Shown in pieces: positions 53,460-61,445 of a stretch of DNA of 62,739 nucleotides (its first letter is position 1; every line of letters begins with the position of its first letter). The position numbers were made by a program, and so were the translations under genes. This DNA comes from Bacteroidota bacterium (GTDB lineage: Bacteria > Bacteroidota > Ignavibacteria > Kapaibacteriales > UBA2268): positions 1-62,739 of the forward strand of contig WRLB01000001.1 of the NCBI GenBank assembly GCA_009777815.1. Reading direction: 5' to 3'. Below the pieces are notes generated by a model. That model had not been told where the DNA came from, ran no database searches, and saw nothing but the letters and a program-made list of their open reading frames with translations.

Positions 53460-53849
53460 ATGTTTAGTATAATGAAGAAAATAATTAATTCAAATGAAGC
53501 ACCACCACCTATCGGTCCATATTCGCATTCTGTTATGGCAGAAGGAAAGTTGCTTTTTGTATCAGGGCAAATACCATTCGATAAAAATGGAAATCTTGTA
53601 GGTAATGAAATAATATCGCAAACCCACCAATCAATAAAAAATATAAAAGCAATAGTTGAAGAAGCAGGTGGGGAACTATCCAATGTTGTAAAAACAACCG
53701 TGCTGCTAAATGATATGGCAAACTTTACTAAAATGAACGAAGTATATGAACAATACTTCGGCGAAAGTAAGCCAGCAAGAGCAGCATACCAAGTAGCAAG
53801 ATTGCCCAAAGATGTCCTAGTGGAAATAGAAGCAATTGCCTGTTTGTAA
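53460..53849 (+). CDS. ridA: RidA/YjgF family reactive-intermediate deaminase
   Basis: 129 aa. [18 protein letters not shown], ..[22 protein letters not shown]. Confidence 0.9.
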   Translation: MFSIMKKIINSNEAPPPIGPYSHSVMAEGKLLFVSGQIPFDKNGNLVGNEIISQTHQSIKNIKAIVEEAGGELSNVVKTTVLLNDMANFTKMNEVYEQYFGESKPARAAYQVARLPKDVLVEIEAIACL

Positions 53850-53985
53850 TGCATTATAACACTTGGAATAAATAGAGTTTAAAAAATCTTTTTTATTTGT
53901 TGCACATATAAAAAATGTGTGACGGGGTATTTTAATAGATTGCTATTACTATTAAATAATAATTAGCAATAAGAGAATTCAGAAT

Positions 53986-54252
53986 TCATTTTTTGCTTCT
54001 AACAGAAAATAATAATACTGTAAATAAAGCCGAAAATACTACTGCGATAATTGGCTCTACATATCCTTCATAAAAAGATAATTCACCCGAATCAGAACTC
54101 AATGTATCTAATTTGAGTGAATCATTTTGTATTATTTCTACTGTATCTATTAAGTTATTATTAGTATCTACTTCAGCCCCTACACTGATATAAAAACCAA
54201 TAAAAAATAGAAATATAGCAACAATAATTTTATACTTTATTCGGTGTAGCAT
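53986..54252 (-). CDS. Small hypothetical membrane protein downstream of nuoC
   Basis: N-terminal signal/TM KIIVAIFLFFIGFYISVGA and C-terminal TM IIAVVFSALFTVLLF. Start uncertain (Met at 54282, 54261 or 54252); overlaps the nuoC 3' end. Confidence 0.35.
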   Translation of the reverse strand: MLHRIKYKIIVAIFLFFIGFYISVGAEVDTNNNLIDTVEIIQNDSLKLDTLSSDSGELSFYEGYVEPIIAVVFSALFTVLLFSVRSKK

Positions 54253-54718
54253 CAATACCATTATATTCTTTTGGAGCAACATAATCTTTTCTTAACGGAA
54301 AACCTTCCCAATCATCAGGACACAAAATCCTATCTAAATTAAAATGCCCTTCAAATTTTATTCCGAACATATCAAATGCTTCTCGTTCGTGCCAATTTGC
54401 TGTTTTCCATACTCTTTCTATGGTAGGAACGATAGGTTTTTTTCTATCTAATTTAACTTTTAGCACTAATTTATGTTTTAACGGAATTGAATATAGATGA
54501 TATACTACGCCAATTGCATCTTTATAATCCATACCTGTAAGCATTGAAAAGTAATCAAATTGCATTTCGCTATTATCTCGCAAAAACATTGCAATCTCTT
54601 TTATGCTGTTGGGATTAACATTAATAAATGAATCAGAACCTGCTTCAAGTTCCACAAGTTCTATTACTTGGTCACCAAAATTTTCTTTTAATTTACTATA
54701 AATATCTTTTGTTTGCAT
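54230..54718 (-). CDS. nuoC: NADH-quinone oxidoreductase subunit C (30-kDa subunit)
   Basis: 162 aa. ANWHEREAFDMFGIKFEGH.NL.RIL, DDWEGFPLRKDY. Confidence 0.88.
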   Translation of the reverse strand: MQTKDIYSKLKENFGDQVIELVELEAGSDSFINVNPNSIKEIAMFLRDNSEMQFDYFSMLTGMDYKDAIGVVYHLYSIPLKHKLVLKVKLDRKKPIVPTIERVWKTANWHEREAFDMFGIKFEGHFNLDRILCPDDWEGFPLRKDYVAPKEYNGIDATPNKV

Positions 54719-54992
54719 ATATTTTATGTTTAATTTAACTATATTTTCATAAAAATAATAAAAATATTTTTAATTTATATAATGTCTTTTAATTATTTAC
54801 AATAAGATTGCATACATTATACAAGAAAAATACAAGAAAAATACAAGTATAATTAAAATATATTGTAAATGTTTAACAGACTTTATATAAGGTAATTTAT
54901 TAGACATTTTTATATAAATATAAATTGAATAAAATTCTAATTTTTTTATATAAAAGCCAAAGGCAACTCTAAAATGTTATTTTTATATTCTC

Positions 54993-55436
54993 CTACTCCT
55001 TCATCAACATCTTACTGTTTGTTTTTTCAAATTCATTTAAGAACAGAGAGATTTCATAATTATCTAGTTCATCACTTAAATATTTATCTGTGGTTTCTTT
55101 AAATGAATCAGAATCTTCATAAAAATTAATAAGTTCGCCAAAACGCCGTTCCACAATAATTTTACCTAAACGTCCGTCTTTTTTAACCTTTATCCATTTT
55201 TCACGTATCTCTACAATTTCATCATATATTGGCTTTATTACAGTAAACCTATCAAGAAACAAACCGTATTTAATAGAGTTTTCGTATTCCATAAAATCAT
55301 TTATTATAATTTTAATCCCTTTATGTTGTTCCGTAACTATAAATCCATTTTTGTATAAATATTCTGAATTTTCTTCTTCTATGGTTAAATTTATTAATAA
55401 ATTTGATAAAAAGTTTATTATTACTTGGATGATCAT
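54993..55436 (-). CDS. Hypothetical protein (weak WG-repeat-like pattern)
   Basis: 147 aa. Starts 5 nt after the ettA stop, using the GGAG inside the ettA end as Shine-Dalgarno. Ends with the same LMKE-stop as ettA. Confidence 0.5.
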   Translation of the reverse strand: MIIQVIINFLSNLLINLTIEEENSEYLYKNGFIVTEQHKGIKIIINDFMEYENSIKYGLFLDRFTVIKPIYDEIVEIREKWIKVKKDGRLGKIIVERRFGELINFYEDSDSFKETTDKYLSDELDNYEISLFLNEFEKTNSKMLMKE

Positions 55437-55441
55437 TCTTA

Positions 55442-57133
55442 CTACTCCTTCATCAACTTTTTATATCTTACTCTTGTTGGTTCTATATTGCCTAATCTTT
55501 GTTTGCGATTTTCAATATATTCTGAATAACCGCCTTCAAAATAATAAACCTGCGAATCTCCTTCAAAAGCAAGAATATGTGTGGCAACTCTGTCCAAAAA
55601 CCACCTATCGTGTGAAATAATTACAGCACATCCCGCAAATCCTTCTAAACCTTCCTCCAAAGCACGCAAAGTATTTACATCAATATCATTAGTAGGTTCG
55701 TCCAACAAAAGAACATTTGCTTCTTTCTTCAGTGTTAAAGCAAGATGAAGACGATTCCTTTCGCCACCCGATAAGATACCACACTTCTTTTGTTGGTCGG
55801 CACCTGCAAAATTAAAACGAGCAACATAAGCCCGTGAATTAAACGAACGACCTTGAATAGTAATCTCTTCGTGTCCTTCTGAAACAACTTCCCATATAGT
55901 TTTATCGGGGTCAATTTCGGTATGCTGCTGATCTACATATCCAACAACAACGGTATCTCCTATCTTGAACTCGCCCGAATTAGGTGATTCAATTCCCATA
56001 ATCATTCGAAACAGCGTTGTTTTTCCCGCACCATTCGGACCAATAATACCTACAATTCCTGCTGGTGGTAGTTTGAAATTAAGTTTTTCAAAAAGCAATT
56101 TATCATCAAAAGATTTAGAAACATCAACAGAATCAATAACATTATTTCCTAACCGCGGACCATTAGGAATAAATATCTCTAATTTTTCTTCTTTTTCTTT
56201 AACATCTTCATTTAGCATATTTTCATAAGCAGAAAGACGTGCTTTTGCCTTGGCGTGCCTTGCTTTTGGAGACATTCTAACCCATTCCAGTTCTCGTTCT
56301 AATGTTTTTTGTCGTTTAGATTCTTGCTTACCTTCTTGCTCTAATCTTTTTGCTTTTTGCTCCAACCAAGAAGAATAATTGCCTTGATATGGAATACCTT
56401 CGCCTCTATCCAACTCTAAAATCCAACCCGCAACATTATCTAAAAAATATCTATCGTGTGTGATAGCAATAACAGTACCTTTATATTGCTGAAGATGTTG
56501 CTCTAACCAATCAACTGATTCGGCATCTAAATGGTTCGTTGGCTCATCCAATAAAAGAATATCGGGTTCAGTTAAAAGCAATCTACACAATGCAACTCTT
56601 CTTCTTTCGCCACCCGACAGGTTTTTAATCGGTGCATCAGCAGACGGACATCTTAACGCATCCATTGCTCGTTCAAGTTTATTATCAAGATTCCAAGCAT
56701 CTTTTGCTTCTAACAAATCGGTAAGTTTGCCTTGTCTTTCTATTAGTTTATTCATTTCATCGTCAGACATCGGCTCGGCAAATTTTGCACTTATATCGTC
56801 ATATTCTTTTAGTAAATCCACAATTTCTTGCATACCTTGTTGTATAGTTTCTTTAACTGTAAGGTTATCATCAAGTTCGGGTTCTTGTGCTAAATGACCG
56901 ATAGAATAGCCCGGCGAAAAAGTAACATCACCTGTATAAGATTTTTCTATTCCTGCAATAATTTTAAGTAGTGTAGATTTGCCTGAACCATTAAGCCCAA
57001 TGATACCAATTTTAGCACCATAATAGAAGGACAGATAGATATTTTTAAGCACTTGTTTATGTGGAGGAAATATTTTATTTATTCCGATAAGGGAAAAAAT
57101 TATTTTTTTATCATCTAAATTAGTTGTAGCCAT
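55442..57133 (-). CDS. ettA: Energy-dependent translational throttle protein EttA (ABC-F)
   Basis: 563 aa. Two ABC cassettes (GLNGSGKST, LSGGERRRVAL, LLLDEPTNHLD; GPNGAGKTT, LSGGERNRLHL, LLLDEPTNDID) with a charged linker. Confidence 0.93.
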   Translation of the reverse strand: MATTNLDDKKIIFSLIGINKIFPPHKQVLKNIYLSFYYGAKIGIIGLNGSGKSTLLKIIAGIEKSYTGDVTFSPGYSIGHLAQEPELDDNLTVKETIQQGMQEIVDLLKEYDDISAKFAEPMSDDEMNKLIERQGKLTDLLEAKDAWNLDNKLERAMDALRCPSADAPIKNLSGGERRRVALCRLLLTEPDILLLDEPTNHLDAESVDWLEQHLQQYKGTVIAITHDRYFLDNVAGWILELDRGEGIPYQGNYSSWLEQKAKRLEQEGKQESKRQKTLERELEWVRMSPKARHAKAKARLSAYENMLNEDVKEKEEKLEIFIPNGPRLGNNVIDSVDVSKSFDDKLLFEKLNFKLPPAGIVGIIGPNGAGKTTLFRMIMGIESPNSGEFKIGDTVVVGYVDQQHTEIDPDKTIWEVVSEGHEEITIQGRSFNSRAYVARFNFAGADQQKKCGILSGGERNRLHLALTLKKEANVLLLDEPTNDIDVNTLRALEEGLEGFAGCAVIISHDRWFLDRVATHILAFEGDSQVYYFEGGYSEYIENRKQRLGNIEPTRVRYKKLMKE

Positions 57134-57237
57134 TTTATTACTTATTTTATAAATATTATGTGCAAAAATAAGGTTTTATTCTAAATTCAAAATAAAAACG
57201 TATTTTTGTAAAGATTATTAACAAATGGCTATTTAAA

Positions 57238-57447
57238 ATGGTACGACCAGAATATATACCACAAAATATAACAGATGAAAATTTAATTTGGTATAATAAC
57301 TATCTTACTAAAGTGGCAAAACATCTTTTGAAACAAGATGGTAAAGCGCTAACAGAAGAAAATATAGAAAATTATAGAAGCCGAATAAATTTAATAAGAA
57401 AGAAAAATATAAACTCAAATGTAAATAAAAAAAACAATACATTTTAA
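57238..57447 (+). CDS. Small hypothetical protein
   Basis: 69 aa, Lys/Asn-rich. TATTTTTG at 57201-57208. Confidence 0.35.
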   Translation: MVRPEYIPQNITDENLIWYNNYLTKVAKHLLKQDGKALTEENIENYRSRINLIRKKNINSNVNKKNNTF

Positions 57448-57453
57448 TAAAAA

Positions 57454-57684
57454 ATGCAGGAAGTTATAGATAAAATTATTAAAATTATAGGTAAAATAAC
57501 TATTGCTGATATTATTTCAATTATAGTTTTTATTACTATTCTAAAGGATGGTCGTTTTAGTAAAAAAGAAAGATATATTAGAAAAATAGAAAGATGTATA
57601 AAATCACAAGAAATTAATATAGCACATTTAATGTATGAAAAAAATATTATAGCAAGAGATTTTATACAATTTCATACAAAATAA
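57454..57684 (+). CDS. Small hypothetical membrane-anchored protein
   Basis: 76 aa. One TM (ITIADIISIIVFITIL), then a basic tail. Lies 6 nt after the preceding small ORF. Confidence 0.35.
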   Translation: MQEVIDKIIKIIGKITIADIISIIVFITILKDGRFSKKERYIRKIERCIKSQEINIAHLMYEKNIIARDFIQFHTK

Positions 57685-57833
57685 TAATTTATTACATTAA
57701 TAAAAAATCTTAAAATAAACAAGGTATTAGATAACAATAAATATAATTATACACTTTTTGTTTCTAATTTCCTTTTTTTTTGAAAAAAAATACGTTTTTT
57801 TCTTATATAACTTGCCAACTTGACTATATAAGA

Positions 57834-57862
57834 AACACTACCCGAAGGCAGTGTTTTAGTAT
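57834..57862. terminator. Possible bidirectional hairpin terminator between 57454..57684 and 57892..58569
   Basis: CACTACCC-GAA-GGCAGTG hairpin with one internal mismatch and T-rich flanks on both strands. Confidence 0.4.
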
Positions 57863-57891
57863 CATGAATAAATTATGTCTTTAGTAATAAA

Positions 57892-58569
57892 CTAAATTTC
57901 AATTGTTTCGCCGAATTCCATTACTCTTGAATTAAAATTATTTGCTTTAACTTTAGTAACGAACTCATTCGGGTCGGCTAAAATAACAGGAAAAGTATTA
58001 TAGTGCATAGGAATTGCTAATTTAGGTTTAACAAATTGCACTGACTTAACGGCATCTTCAATTCCCATCGTAAAATTATCACCAATAGGAACAAGCATTA
58101 CGTCAGGTTGGCTTATTTCGCCGATAAGTTGCATATCTGAAAACAATCCTGTATCGCCGGTGTGATATATTTTTTTACCACCTATATTAATTATAGCACC
58201 AGCAGGAGGACCCATATATACTCCTTCTTCGTTCACCGATGAGTGATGTGCGATAGTTAATTTTACACTTCCGAAAGGAAACTGAAACTCGCCACCGATA
58301 TGAAGGGGATGATATTTTAATCCTTTTGTGCCGAGATATATTGCTAATTCATTAACAGCAATAACAGTAGCATCATTAGATTTTGCTAATTCTACTGTGT
58401 CTCCGAGATGGTCGCCGTGTGCGTGGGTTAATACTATGAAATTAGGATTAATGTCTGCTGCTTTAATAGTTGCAGTCGGATTACCTGTAATAAAAGGGTC
58501 TATTGCTATTATGTTATTCCCATCCGATACAACAAATGCAGAATGCCCAATATAAGTTAATTTTACCAT
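57892..58569 (-). CDS. UPF0173-type metallo-beta-lactamase-fold hydrolase
   Basis: 225 aa. MVKLTYIGHSAFVV.., IDPF, LTHAHGDHLGD. Confidence 0.85.
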   Translation of the reverse strand: MVKLTYIGHSAFVVSDGNNIIAIDPFITGNPTATIKAADINPNFIVLTHAHGDHLGDTVELAKSNDATVIAVNELAIYLGTKGLKYHPLHIGGEFQFPFGSVKLTIAHHSSVNEEGVYMGPPAGAIINIGGKKIYHTGDTGLFSDMQLIGEISQPDVMLVPIGDNFTMGIEDAVKSVQFVKPKLAIPMHYNTFPVILADPNEFVTKVKANNFNSRVMEFGETIEI

Positions 58570-58737
58570 TATATATTCCTTAAAAATAAAATATAATTAT
58601 ACAAAAATACTAAAAATATTTAAATTATTGGTAACCTCTAAAAATACAACTTCAAATATTCTTCCATCCCGCACTGTATTTAAACAGTTAGAACATTTAA
58701 CAAAAAAATAGTAAATTGCCATAAAAATTCGAAATAT

Positions 58738-59415
58738 ATGCGAAAAATCATAATAGCAATAGATGGTCCAGCAGGGGCAGGAAAAACTTCAACCGCAAAG
58801 TTGTTAGCAACTAAATTAAAATATATCTACATAGATACAGGAGCAATGTATAGAGCAGTCACTCTTGCTTATCTTAATTCTAAAACAGAACTTAATAACG
58901 AAAATCTCGCTAAAACTATTAGTAATATCAGCATAGAATTAAAACCATCCGATAACGGACAGATAACACTGCTTAATGGCACAGATGTGAGCGAAGAGAT
59001 ACGTTCCGTTTTAGTAAATCAGTATGTTAGTCCCGTCAGTGCTAATGAACACGTTAGAAAAAAACTTGTAGATATTCAGCGAAAACTCGGAGAAAGAAAA
59101 TGTTGCGTTATGGACGGCAGAGATATAGGAACAATAGTATTCCCCAACGCCGAATTAAAAATTTTTCTTACAGCATCTCTCGAAGAACGAACAAAACGAA
59201 GATGGCTTGAATACAATAAACAGGCAGGGGTAAATAATCTATCTTTTGATGAAGTATCAGAGCAAATATCAAGCAGAGATAAATATGATTCTTCACGTGC
59301 GGTTTCACCATTATATATGGCAGATGACGCAATAAAAATAGACAATTCTAATATAACATTAGAACAGCAAGTAGAAATAATTTATAACCTTGCCATAGAT
59401 ATTATTGGTAATTAA
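58738..59415 (+). CDS. cmk: Cytidylate kinase
   Basis: IAIDGPAGAGKTSTAKLLA..YIDTGAMYRA, GRDIGT. Confidence 0.93.
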   Translation: MRKIIIAIDGPAGAGKTSTAKLLATKLKYIYIDTGAMYRAVTLAYLNSKTELNNENLAKTISNISIELKPSDNGQITLLNGTDVSEEIRSVLVNQYVSPVSANEHVRKKLVDIQRKLGERKCCVMDGRDIGTIVFPNAELKIFLTASLEERTKRRWLEYNKQAGVNNLSFDEVSEQISSRDKYDSSRAVSPLYMADDAIKIDNSNITLEQQVEIIYNLAIDIIGN

Positions 59416-59546
59416 GATACCTCTTTTAAAATATTTAAGAGAACTACTAAAAAGTTATGTCGTGCTTGACATTTTTAGTAGTATCCACTTATTTTCATCT
59501 TTTTTCGTATTTTTGCAATCAGTAATAAAGTAATTGCAATAAAGTA

Positions 59547-60875
59547 ATGTTTGAAAATTTACAAGAAAAATTAGAACTCGCACTAAAAAAAATAAGCGGC
59601 AAAGCAACCATAACAGAAGATAATATAGCAGAAGCATTAAAAGAAATACGAAAAGCATTTTTAGATGCCGATGTTAATTTTAAGGTAGCCAACGACTTCG
59701 TTCAGCAAGTAAAAGTAAAAGCACTCGGCACAAAAGTAAAAGGTATGCTACGTCCCGAGCAAGTTATCGTGAAAATAGTCCACGATGAACTTGTAGAAAC
59801 AATGGGAAATAAAAATAGCGAACTTATGTTAGCACCGCAACCACCAACTATTATTCTTGTGGCAGGATTGCAAGGTTCAGGTAAGACAACGTTTTGTGCT
59901 AAAATGGCTAAAAATCTTCGCAAAAAAGGAAGGCAACCTCTACTTGTTGCTTGTGATATACACCGCCCTGCCGCTATATTACAATTGAAACAACTCGGCG
60001 AACAAATAAATATTCCTGTATTTTCAGAAGACAATTCTGCTCCTCAAATTGCTCAAAATGCAATACAATATGCCAAAAAATTTGCTCGCGATGTAGTAAT
60101 TATTGATACTGCAGGTAGATTAACTATTGACGAAGAAATGATGCAAGAAGTTAAAGACGTATCTTTAATTAGCAAGCCGACAGAGACGCTTTTTGTATGT
60201 GATGCAATGATAGGACAAGATGCTGTTAATACTGCGAAAGCATTTAATGATTTGCTATCTTTAACAGGAGTTGTGCTAACTAAAATGGATGGTGATACAA
60301 GAGGTGGTGCTGCTTTGTCCGTATTAAAAGTAGTAGGGGCACCAATTAAATTTGTTGGTGTCGGAGAAAAAATAGATGATTTAGAACCATTTTATCCTGA
60401 TAGAATAGCATCGCGCATTCTTGGAATGGGCGATATTCTTACTTTGGTAGAAAGAGCAGAACGAGAAATAGATGATAAAAAAGCAGAAGAACTTGAAGAA
60501 AAAATAAGAAAGAACCAATTTACTTTTGATGATTTTTTAGACCAACTTAAAATGCTGAAAAAGATGGGAAATATTAAAGACCTTGTAGGTATGTTGCCCG
60601 GTATGGATAAAAAATTAATAGATACTAATGTTGATAATACGGGCTTAATTCGTATGGAAGCAATTATTAATTCTATGACGAAACAAGAAAGAAGCAACCC
60701 TAAAATTATAAATGGTAGCCGAAGGATGCGAATTGCCAGAGGAAGCGGTAATAGTGTGCAACAAGTTAATATGTTGCTGAAAAAATTTGAAGATATGCAA
60801 AAAATGATGAAAAGTTTGTCGCTGGGTAAAAAATCAAAAATGTCACAGCAATTCAAAAAATGGGGAATAATGTAA
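59547..60875 (+). CDS. ffh: Signal recognition particle protein
   Basis: 442 aa. GLQGSGKTT, DTAGR, TKMDGDTRGGAALS. Met-rich M domain (MLPGMDK.., MRIARGSG). Confidence 0.95.
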   Translation: MFENLQEKLELALKKISGKATITEDNIAEALKEIRKAFLDADVNFKVANDFVQQVKVKALGTKVKGMLRPEQVIVKIVHDELVETMGNKNSELMLAPQPPTIILVAGLQGSGKTTFCAKMAKNLRKKGRQPLLVACDIHRPAAILQLKQLGEQINIPVFSEDNSAPQIAQNAIQYAKKFARDVVIIDTAGRLTIDEEMMQEVKDVSLISKPTETLFVCDAMIGQDAVNTAKAFNDLLSLTGVVLTKMDGDTRGGAALSVLKVVGAPIKFVGVGEKIDDLEPFYPDRIASRILGMGDILTLVERAEREIDDKKAEELEEKIRKNQFTFDDFLDQLKMLKKMGNIKDLVGMLPGMDKKLIDTNVDNTGLIRMEAIINSMTKQERSNPKIINGSRRMRIARGSGNSVQQVNMLLKKFEDMQKMMKSLSLGKKSKMSQQFKKWGIM

Positions 60876-60879
60876 GAAA

Positions 60880-61131
60880 ATGGAAAACAAAAACAATGAA
60901 AGTTATAATGAAAGAAAACAAATTTATCAATCTGTGGGACCATTTTTAAATTTAGGTTTGCAGATGTCAATAACTATTGGTGTGTTTGTTTTGGGAGGTT
61001 GGTGGCTTGACAAACAATTTGATACATCGCCGATATGGACTTTAATTTTGAGTGGTATTGGCATATTTGGTGCATTTTATAGTTTCATCAGAAAAGTAAT
61101 CAATTTAGAAAAAAAGAAGAAAGATGAGTGA
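60880..61131 (+). CDS. AtpZ/AtpI-like small membrane protein
   Basis: 83 aa, two TM. LNLGLQMSITIGVFVLGGWWLDKQFDTSPIWTLILSGIGIFGAFYSF matches the ATPase_gene1 pattern from memory. Confidence 0.5.
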   Translation: MENKNNESYNERKQIYQSVGPFLNLGLQMSITIGVFVLGGWWLDKQFDTSPIWTLILSGIGIFGAFYSFIRKVINLEKKKKDE

Positions 61132-61151
61132 TAATGTTCTTTTTGTTACTT

Positions 61152-61221
61152 GTCATTCCGAACTTATTTCAGCATCTCCTTGTTAATATTAGTAGATTCC
61201 GAAACAAGTTCGGAATGACAG
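61152..61221. repeat. Complete F1 MITE-like element (about 70 bp, two inverted arms, each itself a hairpin)
   Basis: GTCATTCCGAACTTATTTCAGCATCTCC - 15 nt - GATTCCGAAACAAGTTCGGAATGACAG. Confidence 0.85.
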
Positions 61222-61229
61222 ATTTTTGT

Positions 61230-61406
61230 TTAGAAATTTCTAATTGTTGAACAGGTTTTTCTAATTATTTTTAGAAATTTCTAATTTATTTTAGAAATTT
61301 CTAATTGTTGAACAGGTTTTTCTAATTATTTTTAGAAATTTCTAATTTATTTTAGAAATTTCTAATTGTTGAACAGGTTTTTCTAATTTATTTTAGAAAT
61401 TTCTAA
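61230..61406. repeat. Tandem repeat array C: 3 x 61-bp units carrying six perfect 14-bp palindromes TTAGAAATTTCTAA plus three half-sites
   Basis: Palindromes start at 61230, 61271, 61291, 61332, 61352 and 61393. Half-sites TTTTTCTAA at 61256, 61317 and 61378. Effective spacing is 20-21 bp. Confidence 0.95.
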
Positions 61407-61445
61407 TATATTTTTGCTCGTTCTATAATATTTAGTTAAAATTAG

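Noticed and set aside
53444-53854. Antisense shadow ORFs: 53444..53854 opposite ridA, 29517..29921 and 29636..29941 opposite fabG, 60392..60970 opposite ffh, 45634..45948 opposite the rpsA repeats, 24627..25100 opposite purA, 18403..18750 opposite aspS
   Set aside because: Each lies fully within a confidently identified gene on the other strand and has a low-complexity or biased composition typical of shadow frames.
54820-54849. Small tandem repeat TACAAGAAAAA x2.5 upstream of nuoC
   Set aside because: Only about 2.5 copies of a low-complexity 11-mer in very AT-rich DNA, consistent with chance or slippage.
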